From a virus, in IMG/VR virus record IMGVR_UViG_3300046010_008569, positions 6,143 to 70,142 of that record: a stretch of 64,000 nt of DNA, one strand, 5' to 3'. The position numbers and the translations under genes were made by a program. The notes beneath the pieces are model-generated. The model saw only the letters and a list, made by a program, of their open reading frames with translations. It searched no databases and was not told the origin of the DNA. This document shows, in pieces, positions 10,011 through 19,667 of this stretch (positions are counted from its first letter, which is position 1; each line of letters begins with the position of its first letter).

Positions 10011-10328
10011 TTAGGAAATTACAATGGAGACAATCCCAGTTGATACCAGAATAGTACCGCCAAGAGCCCCAACAGGATCGAAGCCATACAGGCTTCGGTC
10101 GTATCTCAAATTGGGTGGAGGACAAGCCCCTTCAACAGATTGCTTGTCTCCGATTGGCCTTGAACCTACCCAATTCTGCGGATGGTCTTGGTCCCAGCAT
10201 TCGGAGCAAATGCTGTTCCCTTTATCCCGGCCGCGCTCGATCTCGGATCGAAGCTCGGACAGAGGGACCTTCCTGGAGCACCTGTCGCATTCGCCTGGCG
10301 TGACGCCTGAGGGCAGATATAGCGCCAT
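10011..10328 (-). CDS. Zn-finger hypothetical protein
   Basis: CDRC...CSECWD..HPQ. Confidence 0.6.
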   Translation of the reverse strand: MALYLPSGVTPGECDRCSRKVPLSELRSEIERGRDKGNSICSECWDQDHPQNWVGSRPIGDKQSVEGACPPPNLRYDRSLYGFDPVGALGGTILVSTGIVSIVIS

Positions 10329-10999
10329 TAGCGTACACTCGGATAGATGAAGAACGGCTCCCTACCGCGATCCTCAGCCATCGCTAGCCCAAGCTGCTCT
10401 TCATAAACTGTCTTCAGCATCTGGACCCGGTTGTAGTCCGGAGACCGACGCTTCATGGAAAGCTTCCAGCTGAGGCCTGCGGCCATAGCTGGGACGAAAC
10501 GGAACGGGACATCGATGGTCTTATCGGGCGTGCCGGCGTCTTGCAGACGCCTCAAGCGCCAGTAGACGAGGGAATAGTTTGCATTGTCAGGCACCGGCCA
10601 GACATTTACCCGCGGCGCCAGAAGGCGCTCCACGTACACTTGATTCGGACGTTCACCAGCTTGCGTCTTATTAGAGATGCCTGCCCAAGAGCCTACGCCA
10701 ATGCGTGAGATGCGATAGTCTTGGCCAGTCGAGTTATTGCGGATGACCTGATCGATCATATCGACCGTGTCAGTGGCGAGGTCGTACTGACCATCGCCAG
10801 CAACGAGCGGAATGGTTTCCTCGTCCACGGCCCAAAGGTTGAGGCCGAGGTTCGACCATTCGGTCATGAGAAAGTTCAGGCTGCGAGCAGCAGTCCTGTA
10901 CTCATAGCCAGAGCGACCTTCGTAGCCGGCGTTATCAAACGCCTCTTCGATTAGGGTTGCGACATCCGGATCGAATGTCGTCGTGCCTGATGTCGCCAT
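10328..10999 (-). CDS. Head-tail adaptor / tail tubular protein A-like
   Basis: MATSGTTTF...IEEAF...A.RSLN....W.N.GLNLW...RP...WPVP motif. Confidence 0.6.
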   Translation of the reverse strand: MATSGTTTFDPDVATLIEEAFDNAGYEGRSGYEYRTAARSLNFLMTEWSNLGLNLWAVDEETIPLVAGDGQYDLATDTVDMIDQVIRNNSTGQDYRISRIGVGSWAGISNKTQAGERPNQVYVERLLAPRVNVWPVPDNANYSLVYWRLRRLQDAGTPDKTIDVPFRFVPAMAAGLSWKLSMKRRSPDYNRVQMLKTVYEEQLGLAMAEDRGREPFFIYPSVR

Positions 11000-11457
11000 T
11001 ACGACCTCCGGCTTTTACCGCCGCGGCGTGTTAACTCTTCACCGGTCGTTTTGATCGGACGGCCGTTCTCGCCATACGTGACCATGGGACCGCGCGGAGG
11101 CTTAATCTCCCCGCCAGCTTTGAAGCTACGGCGAACGCTAACGCGCTCATCATCGATCCCGACTTCTGTCCCGCCGACTGTCGCGCCCAGTCGAGGTGGG
11201 CGGCGAGGCTCGTCAGGATTTGAGATGGGGAATTGTTCTTGGAACGAACTGGTGTCGAGGTTCAGAGTCCGGCGCCGCGTCTCTGCTGCGTTCTGGTTTT
11301 GTTCCGGAGCGTTTACAGGATTGGCTGCTCGAGCGTCGCGCTGACGTTCTTCCGCTCGGCCTGACTGGCCAGCGGCCGCAATTGGAGCGCGCTGCTTCCT
11401 GGGACTAGCCCCAGCCTTCCTTGCGGCTCCGCCCTTGTAGCGGGAAATGTCGGCCAT
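10999..11457 (-). CDS. Small basic protein
   Basis: Arg-rich; shares the DISRYKGGA N-terminus with the neighbouring gene. Confidence 0.6.
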   Translation of the reverse strand: MADISRYKGGAARKAGASPRKQRAPIAAAGQSGRAEERQRDARAANPVNAPEQNQNAAETRRRTLNLDTSSFQEQFPISNPDEPRRPPRLGATVGGTEVGIDDERVSVRRSFKAGGEIKPPRGPMVTYGENGRPIKTTGEELTRRGGKSRRS

Positions 11458-11783
11458 TAGCAGCCACCCTTGACCTTTCCGCCACGCTTCATTTGCTGCA
11501 TCGGCATCGGCGGACGAGCCATCGGAGCCGGCATTGCAGCGATACCCATCGGCATCGGCGGACGAGTGTTCGGGGTCTGCACTTGACCGCCAATGGCCAT
11601 TTTCTTCACAGGGCCGCGGTTCGAGCCCTTGTAATCACGGCCGGATTGGCGAACGCGAGCATCTCTCGCGCTTGCTTCAAGACGAGACTGTCCAGTACCA
11701 CGGCGAACGGGGGCGGCTTGCACCGCCCCTCCTGTCGCCATCTTCTTACAAGCTCCGCCCTTGTAGCGAGAGATATCGCCCAT
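11457..11783 (-). CDS. Small basic protein with MxxGG repeats
   Basis: MATGG, MAIGG and MKRGG repeats. Confidence 0.6.
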   Translation of the reverse strand: MGDISRYKGGACKKMATGGAVQAAPVRRGTGQSRLEASARDARVRQSGRDYKGSNRGPVKKMAIGGQVQTPNTRPPMPMGIAAMPAPMARPPMPMQQMKRGGKVKGGC

Positions 11784-11793
11784 CGTAAACCCC

Positions 11794-12285
11794 TTAGTTC
11801 GGGAGCGCCCCAGGGAAAGCCGGGAGCTTCAGGTCTTTCAGAATGTCGGGGAGACGATTGCGAATCTTCTTCTCAATCTCTTCCTTGCCGCCAGCGAAGC
11901 GGAGAAGCCAGCCCGGGGCGATGCGAACAATGTCTCGAGCCACTGCGGCCACAAAGGCGTTACCGACATCAACCGAGATACCCCTGCGGGCGAGTTCCGG
12001 GTTCCTCTCGATCAGGGCGGAGAGACCGCCCTTGACGTAGCCAGCGATGATGTTATCCAATCGAGCGAGCTTGGCAGCGAAGCCGAACGGGCCAAGGAAC
12101 TTCTCGATCAGCGCCAGCACGGCTGCACCAACAGAAGCCGCTACTGCGGCAATGGTGCCGGCCTGGAACACTTCAGGCGGTACGATCAAGACATCGGTGT
12201 CTGCCGCAACTTGCGCGGCAAAGGCAATTGCCGGCACAAAGAGCGCCGCGACAAACGCGAAAAGCGTAAGCAAAGACTTCTGCAT
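11794..12285 (-). CDS. Membrane protein, holin-like
   Basis: Signal-like N-terminus plus a second hydrophobic segment. Confidence 0.5.
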   Translation of the reverse strand: MQKSLLTLFAFVAALFVPAIAFAAQVAADTDVLIVPPEVFQAGTIAAVAASVGAAVLALIEKFLGPFGFAAKLARLDNIIAGYVKGGLSALIERNPELARRGISVDVGNAFVAAVARDIVRIAPGWLLRFAGGKEEIEKKIRNRLPDILKDLKLPAFPGALPN

Positions 12286-12294
12286 GGTTCCTTC

Positions 12295-12600
12295 TCAGAT
12301 ACTCAATTTAGGAGTGGCTTTTGCATACAGCGCTTCAATGCTGCGCTGGTGCGCTTCAACCTTCTCCCTCAAGCCATTGATATAGGCATTGAGGTTTTCC
12401 ATTGCTCGTTCATGAGAGGCTCGAGCTTCGGTTTCTGCGGCAACTAGAATGGCGAGGTGCTCTTCAAGGGCCTCGAGCGGGCCGCTGAGAGCGGCTTGAT
12501 TGACGCCAGGTTGAAGAACCTGCTCAGCAATATCAGCATAAGCCGATGACGGAACTGGCTTTTCTTTGAGAAAATCGGGAACTAACTGAGCAAGTTTCAT
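12295..12600 (-). CDS. Coiled-coil hypothetical protein
   Basis: GGAGG RBS before ATG at 12600 (track starts at 12642). Confidence 0.6.
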   Translation of the reverse strand: MKLAQLVPDFLKEKPVPSSAYADIAEQVLQPGVNQAALSGPLEALEEHLAILVAAETEARASHERAMENLNAYINGLREKVEAHQRSIEALYAKATPKLSI

Positions 12601-12654
12601 TATGACCTCCAATGAGAGCCTTACCCATATAGGATTTAGCATGGCGAATCAACC

Positions 12655-12801
12655 TTAATCATTGACCCCATCCTCGACGCCGTCATTGGAGACGCCGTCA
12701 GTGATAGTGACGCCGTCTCCTCGCGTTACAGAATCCGACACGGCGACGCCGGTCGGGCCGCTCGAGTTAGTCTCGCCTGTTAGGATCAGCAGAAGAGACA
12801 T
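12655..12801 (-). CDS. 48-aa protein with DGV repeats
   Basis: Fills the gap after the 485-aa gene; MSLLLIL...DGV x4; below the ORF-track cutoff. Confidence 0.45.
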   Translation of the reverse strand: MSLLLILTGETNSSGPTGVAVSDSVTRGDGVTITDGVSNDGVEDGVND

Positions 12802-12804
12802 GGG

Positions 12805-14262
12805 TTATTCCCAGCCGTAGATCGGCGTCCAGACGAACGTGATGGTCTGCGATGCCGTGGCCGTGCCGACAAGAAACTTGCCGACGAGCTGAACGAACTC
12901 GCCTGGGTTCACGAAGATAGGCGCGTCGCCAAGGTCAACCATGATTGCCCCGCCTTGCGGGCCTTGGCCGATTGCAGCGGCGACGGGCCAAGTCATATAG
13001 CCAAGCGGCAAGCGACGCGGCGCTTTGGCTGCTGCGGCTTCAGCCGTGGCCAGCGACACAGCCGTGTGGCCATAAGCCAGCGAGAATTGCAGCGTGGTCG
13101 CCGTGGTCGCGACCGCAGCGCCAGTGTTCACCGCATCGATACGAATACCGCGAATAACACAGCGCCGACCTTGGACGTTGGCCGTGCCTGCCGGGATTTG
13201 GTAGCTACCCCAGATGCCGTCCGTCGCAGCCGCAGCCGCAGCCGTGACAACACCTTGACCGCCCAAGCCTGCCGGCAAGTTGGCCGTCAGCGCCGTGTTC
13301 GACGGCGCCGCAGCGGTAGGGTTGGTGCTGTTCGGATAGGTCGCAAGCGAGCCCATCGTGCCGCCTGAGAGGCCCTGATACGCGCCATAGGCGCGGTTAC
13401 CAACCACCGAGGCCGTTTGCGAGATGTTCGGGCCACCGATGGTAACGGTGTAGTCGTTCAGCACGAACGACAGAGCCGATCCAGCAGCGCCGCCCGTAAT
13501 GACGTGACGCAAGGCCACCGGGAGCGATGCGCTCATGCACGGCTGGCCTTGGCCTACCGGCGTCTCAATCTCTGCGTAGAGAACGTCATCAATCCAGAAC
13601 TTAACGCTGTGCTCATGGATCGAGATGATGAACTGGTACTTTTGGTTGTTCGTGTAGTCGAAGTCAAAGACGCTGCTGGTCGTTTCCGTGCCATTCGAGT
13701 TGATGACACCGAACAGGCCAGCGCTGGTCAGACGGAAGTAAATGCCGTCAGTCGGCGCGTATGGGTTGGAAGTCGCAAGCCGCGCAAAGCCGAAGTCCAC
13801 GATGGTGTTAGTGGTGGGCTGCGCTGAGAAGCTGCCCGCGAACTCGCCGTAGAGATTAGACGAGCCAATAAGCGGGAACTCGGCGTAAGTGTTGAACTCA
13901 ACGCCAGTGGTCGTGGTTGTGATGTTGCCGCTGTTCGTGGTCAGGCCCGCGGCCGTCCACGTAATCGCCATCGTCGTGTTGCGGTAAGCGAACTTGCCGG
14001 TGTTCTGAGCCGTGTAGTTGAACGTCTCGATGTCAAAGATCGCTTCGCTTGCGATCCGCAGCTTGGCGTCGTCGTCCGTCTCGGGCGATGCTAGATAGGC
14101 CGTGCCCGTCTTTGCGCCGGGGTCGTTCTCTGAGAACAGCCGCACGGCGCCGACTTCTGCCGGCGTGGCGGCTTGGGCTAGATTGACCTTCAGGCGCGTG
14201 TTGGAATCGACGCCCGCAAGGTTGCCGCTGGAGCCGTCTTTGATGTTATTCGCAAAGCCCAT
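12805..14262 (-). CDS. Putative virion spike/appendage protein
   Basis: 485 aa, T/A/G-rich, beta-sandwich-like segments, near capsid genes. Confidence 0.45.
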   Translation of the reverse strand: MGFANNIKDGSSGNLAGVDSNTRLKVNLAQAATPAEVGAVRLFSENDPGAKTGTAYLASPETDDDAKLRIASEAIFDIETFNYTAQNTGKFAYRNTTMAITWTAAGLTTNSGNITTTTTGVEFNTYAEFPLIGSSNLYGEFAGSFSAQPTTNTIVDFGFARLATSNPYAPTDGIYFRLTSAGLFGVINSNGTETTSSVFDFDYTNNQKYQFIISIHEHSVKFWIDDVLYAEIETPVGQGQPCMSASLPVALRHVITGGAAGSALSFVLNDYTVTIGGPNISQTASVVGNRAYGAYQGLSGGTMGSLATYPNSTNPTAAAPSNTALTANLPAGLGGQGVVTAAAAAATDGIWGSYQIPAGTANVQGRRCVIRGIRIDAVNTGAAVATTATTLQFSLAYGHTAVSLATAEAAAAKAPRRLPLGYMTWPVAAAIGQGPQGGAIMVDLGDAPIFVNPGEFVQLVGKFLVGTATASQTITFVWTPIYGWE

Positions 14263-14265
14263 GCT

Positions 14266-14541
14266 TTAAGCCCACACGTAACGGATTTTGAAAGTTCCCC
14301 AGAACAGGTCCATCAGGGAGGTAACGTAAAGAGTGAAGTTGCCGGAGCCTGGTTCGCACGCTAGCTTCCATGAGGCTGATGCGTGTCGATGATCGCTGGC
14401 ATCGTTATCGGCTGTTGAATCGATCATCACGAAGGCCTCTACATAGGCAGAGCTTGTGACATCGGCATCAGTGATGACGACGCTAGCTTCAGCCAGCGGC
14501 GTCGAGCCAAAGTCTACAGTGGCTGTGCCAGTGCCGGCCAT
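14266..14541 (-). CDS. Hypothetical structural protein
   Basis: Coupled ORF, MAGTGTATVDFG. Confidence 0.6.
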   Translation of the reverse strand: MAGTGTATVDFGSTPLAEASVVITDADVTSSAYVEAFVMIDSTADNDASDHRHASASWKLACEPGSGNFTLYVTSLMDLFWGTFKIRYVWA

Positions 14542-14545
14542 GGGG

Positions 14546-15118
14546 CTACGAGCCCCATGCTTGGATCATCTTTTGCAGGCGCTCTTGGATGCTGGCCCGT
14601 TCGGCTGCAACCGCGGCCTTTTCCTTATCGAGCTCAGCCGCTTGAGCAGAGATTGAGGCTTCCTTTGCCTCAGCTTCGCGCGTCAACGCAGAAGCGTTTG
14701 ATGCTGCCTCAGCTGCTTTCGCGTTAGCCTCGTCGGTCACTTGCTTTGCCTTGGCCTCAGCGCTTTTAACAGCAGCCTCGGCCACAGCGACCTTACTCTC
14801 ACTCAGTGCCACAACAGCAGCAGAGTCAGCAAGAGCCTTGCTTGCTGCCGCTTGAGCGTCTTCAATGATCTTGGCCGCGAGTGCGTTTGCTTTGTCCAGT
14901 TCAGCCTTGGCATTCTCGAGAGCCGCCTTAGCGGCGTCTCTTGCTGACAAGACTTCTTCTGCCGGGCCGACGAGGTCAACTACAGCCTTGGCTTTCGCCT
15001 CAGCCGCGGCGAGCTCTGCGAGCTTCGCCTTGAAAGCCTCTTGATCCGCGAGGAGGTTCAAGGCGCCCATCAAGTTGTTTGATTGGCTGCCCTCGAACAT
15101 TGCGCCAGAGACGCTCAT
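14546..15118 (-). CDS. Ala/Glu/Lys-rich coiled-coil protein
   Basis: Probable start at 15118 overlapping the upstream TAA. Confidence 0.6.
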   Translation of the reverse strand: MSVSGAMFEGSQSNNLMGALNLLADQEAFKAKLAELAAAEAKAKAVVDLVGPAEEVLSARDAAKAALENAKAELDKANALAAKIIEDAQAAASKALADSAAVVALSESKVAVAEAAVKSAEAKAKQVTDEANAKAAEAASNASALTREAEAKEASISAQAAELDKEKAAVAAERASIQERLQKMIQAWGS

Positions 15119-15453
15119 TAACCTGTCCTCCCGGCCTGAGCGCCCTTCAAGATGCACGATCCAGAACCGGAGTTCTGCCGAAGCCGGATGCCGCGCACTG
15201 GATAAGCGTAGTTGCCATCGGCGTTAGCCGTTGCCGCAGCAACCGACGCATGGTTGAACCACACGGCGGTTGCTGGGTTGAACGTGGCGGCGAAGACATC
15301 GTCAAACGTGTGCTGAACCGTATAGCTTACGGTCCCAGTGACTGCCACTCCAAACCCAATATTGAACGGGGTAGAGTGTAAGTCCGGAATGAACACGTCA
15401 GAGACGGTCGCCCCGCCAGAAGCGTCTGTCGTTCTAAGCGTAAAGGGCCTCAT
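15118..15453 (-). CDS. Virion structural protein
   Basis: YTVQHTFDD...GNYAYPV..IRL motif. Confidence 0.6.
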   Translation of the reverse strand: MRPFTLRTTDASGGATVSDVFIPDLHSTPFNIGFGVAVTGTVSYTVQHTFDDVFAATFNPATAVWFNHASVAAATANADGNYAYPVRGIRLRQNSGSGSCILKGAQAGRTG

Positions 15454-15465
15454 GGTAGGGCCTCT

Positions 15466-15915
15466 TTACGAAGTCTTGGACGAGTAAGACGGAATGTAAC
15501 CAATCGTGCCGTTGACGTTGATCTTAACCCATTGCGTAACCGCACCGGGCGTGGTCTTGGTCGTGCCTGAATCGACTGCCTTGTGAGTGCCAGCAGCCGC
15601 GTTGAACCAGAACACAGCAGCGTCAGTGTTTGCAGCTGGGCCGGCGCCGCCGAGAACAGGAGAGACAAGCTTGATGTAGTTGTGTCGCGTAACCGTCTGC
15701 GCGGTGGCGGCGTTGTAAGTCGGGGCCATCGAGATGCCCGCGACCGTGCCGTCTGCAACAGTGCCAGTGATCGTGCCAGTTTGAGCCAGGTCAGCTTGAC
15801 CGGACGTGACGTTACCAACCACGTTGCCAGTGACGTTACCGGTCACGTTGCCAATGAGATTACCGACGAAGCCTTCTTCGGCGGTGATCGAACCTTTTGT
15901 GGTGCTATTGCCCAT
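15466..15915 (-). CDS. Putative head fibre/decoration protein
   Basis: GNVT repeats; directly downstream of the capsid gene. Confidence 0.55.
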   Translation of the reverse strand: MGNSTTKGSITAEEGFVGNLIGNVTGNVTGNVVGNVTSGQADLAQTGTITGTVADGTVAGISMAPTYNAATAQTVTRHNYIKLVSPVLGGAGPAANTDAAVFWFNAAAGTHKAVDSGTTKTTPGAVTQWVKINVNGTIGYIPSYSSKTS

Positions 15916-15936
15916 GAGCGTATCCTAAGAGGAAGC

Positions 15937-15960
15937 GGGGGAGGGACTGGCCCTCCCCCT
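15937..15960 (-). terminator. GC hairpin after the major capsid gene (partial terminator)
   Basis: GGGGGAGGG/CCCTCCCCC inverted repeat with a weak U tail. Confidence 0.4.
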
Positions 15961-15967
15961 AGGTTTC

Positions 15968-16882
15968 TTACGAGCCGCCCGGCGAACCGTACATGCCGAG
16001 AGGATCGGCAATGCCGAAGCTGTAACGCTCGCGGCCTTTGTACTTGACGTTGCCGGTATCGAAGTCGCCTTCCATACCCTTCTTCATCGCCACGCGCTGG
16101 AACATCTTGTAGCCGTTGGTGATGTCCGTCTTGAGGAACCAAGCGTTGGTGTCGGTCAGGTAGTTGATGACCGCCCAGCCGCCCGGGATACGACCAGTGC
16201 TCTTGATGGCATTGATGTCGTTATCCATCGTGCCAGGACGCTGTTCCGTCTTGAGGATGCGTTCGGCTGTGAACTCGAGAGCGGACGGGATGATCAGGCG
16301 CGTCGGACGCGCGTTGACCAGCAAGCCGCGGTCGTCAGTCCAGGTGGACATCGCGATAATCGCTGCTTCCAGCGAGGTCTCGTTCAGGTCCGCGCCGGCA
16401 TTCGGACGGTTCGCGTTCACGCCACCGTTGATCAGCGGGTGATCGGTGTCGAAGGCGTATTGGGCGTCAGCAGTCGTGTACGAAGTGAAGCCGAGGTTCA
16501 ACGGAACCATCGCCTTGATCTGCTTCGTTTCCGCGAAGGAGCGAGCCAGAGCTCGCGTGCCACGCTCAGAAAGCGACTGATAGAGGTTGTCTTCCATCGC
16601 CTCTTCCGTCACCTGGAAACCGAGCTTTACGGTTTCGTGGCGCCAGCGGGCAACGTAGCTTTCCTGCATCGTGTCCATCGGGACACCGCCACCTTCCTCG
16701 GTCGTCTGGGCGAGACCGAGGCCCGTCACGCGAAGCTCTTCCTCAAACGAACGGTCTGAGTTGAACGTATCATAGACGAGTTTGTGTTGCTCTGGGTAGC
16801 GCTTGTACTCCAGGCCGAACAGGGCGTTTAGACCCGGCTCAAGCTCGCGGAGCAGTTGTGCGCGTGAAACAGCACCAGCCAT
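15968..16882 (-). CDS. Major capsid protein
   Basis: SRAQLL.ELEPGLNALFGLEY N-terminus, LIIPSALEFTAERIL, DTNAWFL, DFDTGNVKYKGRERYSFG; Mu gpT-like capsid family. Confidence 0.9.
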   Translation of the reverse strand: MAGAVSRAQLLRELEPGLNALFGLEYKRYPEQHKLVYDTFNSDRSFEEELRVTGLGLAQTTEEGGGVPMDTMQESYVARWRHETVKLGFQVTEEAMEDNLYQSLSERGTRALARSFAETKQIKAMVPLNLGFTSYTTADAQYAFDTDHPLINGGVNANRPNAGADLNETSLEAAIIAMSTWTDDRGLLVNARPTRLIIPSALEFTAERILKTEQRPGTMDNDINAIKSTGRIPGGWAVINYLTDTNAWFLKTDITNGYKMFQRVAMKKGMEGDFDTGNVKYKGRERYSFGIADPLGMYGSPGGS

Positions 16883-16896
16883 AGTCAGCTATCTCC

Positions 16897-17517
16897 TTAC
16901 GACGCCGCCACACCGGTCGCGGTGCGGTGGAAGTGCGTGTTCAATCGCACGTAAACTTCTGTATAGGTGTCGCCCACAGAGTTGCTCGGATCGTTGACGA
17001 AGCCAACGATACGGAGCGGAAGGGTGGACGTGTCGGCAATCGAGGAAGCGTCGAGAGCAACACCCGAGTTGCCAGTGACGGTGCTGCCGACTTGCGTCTG
17101 AATGATCGAGGCGTTGCAGCCAAAGGTCAGAGCGCCAAGCGTATCGTCAGCCTGGCATCGGAAAACAACGTCAGGGTCATCAACCACAAACGCACGAATG
17201 TCGCTCGCCACGATAGCGCCAGGGTAGTAATGCCGCTGGAGCGGCTTGCTCGACACCGGATCGGTGTACTCGCAACCGACGAAGACGCCGACATTCGTGC
17301 CAGAGGCCGTAACGGTCGTCGCGGCAACGGTCGTGTTGAACCGCTGGATGTGACCGCGGTTGGTCGAGGACGCAATCAACTTGACCGGGTCGCCGTTGAA
17401 AATCGGCGTGGTCTCGTTGCTAGCGATCTTCATCAAGGTGAAGCCGCCGCTGTATGGTGAGCCGTTGCCCAGGCGATATGCCGGACGCAGGCCATACGGC
17501 TTTAGGGTCGTTGCCAT
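16897..17517 (-). CDS. Capsid-associated (cement/decoration) protein
   Basis: PYGLRP...IF.GDPV...GVF.GC.YTDP...DDP..F motif; immediately upstream of the capsid gene. Confidence 0.6.
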   Translation of the reverse strand: MATTLKPYGLRPAYRLGNGSPYSGGFTLMKIASNETTPIFNGDPVKLIASSTNRGHIQRFNTTVAATTVTASGTNVGVFVGCEYTDPVSSKPLQRHYYPGAIVASDIRAFVVDDPDVVFRCQADDTLGALTFGCNASIIQTQVGSTVTGNSGVALDASSIADTSTLPLRIVGFVNDPSNSVGDTYTEVYVRLNTHFHRTATGVAAS

Positions 17518-17538
17518 TTTGTTCTCCGAACAAACCGC

Positions 17539-18120
17539 CTATCGGGGCGGTCGATTGTTCACAATGCTCGTGCCTTCGTTAGTGTACTTAACTCGACCGT
17601 CTTGTTCCTGGTCTTCCCGCAACCGTGCATTCACGGAATTGATCTGACGCAGGGAAATCTCTTCGTAGTATTTCGCGCGTGCCTTTGCTCGTTCCACCGG
17701 AAGCCGGCAGAGGATAAGACCACCAAATTCAATCGTGTTGGTCGATTCGCCACGGTTATACATCGTGGCCACAATCTCGGGGTAGTCTTCGGCTGCGCAG
17801 GGTCTCCACCCTTCTCGCATGGACCTAGCCATGTTCACGCTGTCAATTTCACCGCGGCTTGAGCCGCGTACCCAGCGGTGGACCCAGCCATCACGTTGCG
17901 GCGGGTCAGGTAGCGAGTCTGCCGGGCGCCAAGTTTGTTGGGCCAGATCGGCGTCTCGAGTTTCTGCCGAGCGCGGAGTGCGTGGAGCACGTTCCGAAGC
18001 AGAACGTGAAACACGTAGAGATTCCTCTGCCTGCTTGTCAAGTGATGCAGCAATCTTTTTCATTTGATCACCAAGGCCTTTGGCCTCGTCATCAGTATTC
18101 ATGATGTCGTTCCTAGGCAT
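17539..18120 (-). CDS. Conserved head-module protein
   Basis: W.P...LP.PP..DG..HRW.R...EGW.P...GGL.L motif. Confidence 0.65.
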   Translation of the reverse strand: MPRNDIMNTDDEAKGLGDQMKKIAASLDKQAEESLRVSRSASERAPRTPRSAETRDADLAQQTWRPADSLPDPPQRDGWVHRWVRGSSRGEIDSVNMARSMREGWRPCAAEDYPEIVATMYNRGESTNTIEFGGLILCRLPVERAKARAKYYEEISLRQINSVNARLREDQEQDGRVKYTNEGTSIVNNRPPR

Positions 18121-19043
18121 TAGTTGCCCTCCATCTTGAGTTTTTCTTCGATGTAGTCTTTGTGGCTGATGCCAAGTCTTGCGCAGAGAGCGGCCTCACT
18201 CTTGGTGATTCGATACACCTTCTTGCCGTTCTTGGTCTTGGCTCCGCCAGACCCGTTCAGGGCAGTCGTGCGTTGCTCAGCTTTCCGCGGCGCCGGACGT
18301 TCCTCCACTTCTTCCTCATCGTCGTCGTTGTCGTTCCCGAAATGTTCCGGGAACATCTTCTGCATCTTGCTGTCAATCTGCTCGTAGTATTCCTCCGAGT
18401 CAGGGGCGACGCCCTTCTTGATCAGCTTTTGATGAAGGCCATAGACATAGCCCGTCATCTCTTCGTCTTTGTGGAACCAGTCTTGGTTTTTGGAATACCA
18501 GTCCTTGCGAGACTGCGGCCACTTTGACTGGTCGGCAGGATCGCCTTCATCTCGAGGCGCCGGCTGACTGTCGATTTCTCGTTCAGCCACCTCAACTCGA
18601 GAGATTTTGTTCTTAATTTCAGTGACTTTGACGGTGGCGTCCGCCACCTTAGCCCCATCACCAAGCTCGATGGCTTCAGTCAGTTCCTTCTTGGCGGCAT
18701 CAAGCTCAGAGCCGAGAGATGCCTTGTCCTTCGTGACAATGGCCTTAGTTGCGCCAGACAGGTAAGTTCGGAGCTTTTGGATTTCGCCAACGGCGACCTG
18801 AAGCTCGCGCTCGGTTGCTTCCTTAGCCCGACGCTCGTCATGGCGCTTCTTGGTTAGAACCTTGATCCGCTTGGCTGCGCCAGCGGAATAGTTCTTTAGT
18901 TCCTCGTCATCCGGCTCACTATCGTCGTCCAGATCGTTGTCTGTAGCCTTCGACCTACCGCGGTCCTCTTCCGGCGTATCATCCTCGATGACAAACTCGA
19001 AATCGTCCTCGTCTTCGATCTCAACGGTTTCTGCGGCGCTCAT
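18120..19043 (-). CDS. Putative scaffolding protein
   Basis: Acidic N-terminus, long coiled coil, W...N..WF..D..MT, C-terminal LCARLGIS. Confidence 0.6.
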   Translation of the reverse strand: MSAAETVEIEDEDDFEFVIEDDTPEEDRGRSKATDNDLDDDSEPDDEELKNYSAGAAKRIKVLTKKRHDERRAKEATERELQVAVGEIQKLRTYLSGATKAIVTKDKASLGSELDAAKKELTEAIELGDGAKVADATVKVTEIKNKISRVEVAEREIDSQPAPRDEGDPADQSKWPQSRKDWYSKNQDWFHKDEEMTGYVYGLHQKLIKKGVAPDSEEYYEQIDSKMQKMFPEHFGNDNDDDEEEVEERPAPRKAEQRTTALNGSGGAKTKNGKKVYRITKSEAALCARLGISHKDYIEEKLKMEGN

Positions 19044-19468
19044 TAGGCGATCCTCTTGATATTGCTCGGGTCCGTGACGACACCTTCGACGGTGTCATCG
19101 TTGATGAAGCGGAACTCTTTCTTAAGGTCAGGATTCTTCTTGTCCTGCCAGACAAGTCGCGTTCCAGAGTACGGCCGGACGATCACAAGATCGCCGGCCT
19201 TGCAATAAGGTCCAGACGGGAAGCGCTTCAGATCGGTGTAACAGGACTCACCCAACGCTACGACATACGCAACCGGCGAGGCCATTTCCTCTCGGTCCAC
19301 GTACTCATCAGGGAGCATGATCCCGCTCGCGGTAGCGCGAGCATAGTCAGGCATGGCAATCAAAATCTTCCAGCCTGTAGGTTTGATACTGAAATCATCG
19401 CGGCCGGTAACTTCCAGCACGGACTTGATAAAGTCTTCCCGGTTGGGAAGCATGTAATTAGAGCTCAT
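19043..19468 (-). CDS. groES: Co-chaperonin GroES-like protein
   Basis: KPTGWKILI...TASGIMLP...VVALG...GD.V...YSG...INDD.V.GVV. Confidence 0.85.
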   Translation of the reverse strand: MSSNYMLPNREDFIKSVLEVTGRDDFSIKPTGWKILIAMPDYARATASGIMLPDEYVDREEMASPVAYVVALGESCYTDLKRFPSGPYCKAGDLVIVRPYSGTRLVWQDKKNPDLKKEFRFINDDTVEGVVTDPSNIKRIA

Positions 19469-19667
19469 TTTCTTCCTCGTTATCGCGCTCTTCTTTGGCG
19501 AGCGATTGAATTGTTAGCTCAACCCAATCTAGGGCGTTGATGTAACCTTGTGAATACTTAACTTGTTCAATATTAAGACTTTGGTTTGTCAGCAGGTTTT
19601 CTGCGTGATTCTCCCTTTGCTCTAGTCTTAGCTCGAGCAGTTTTCTCAGCACTTTCTCTGCGTTCAC
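19458..19667 (-). CDS. Hypothetical protein
   Basis: Sits between portal and groES; overlaps the portal 3' end by about 95 nt. Confidence 0.55.
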   Translation of the reverse strand: MNAEKVLRKLLELRLEQRENHAENLLTNQSLNIEQVKYSQGYINALDWVELTIQSLAKEERDNEEENEL

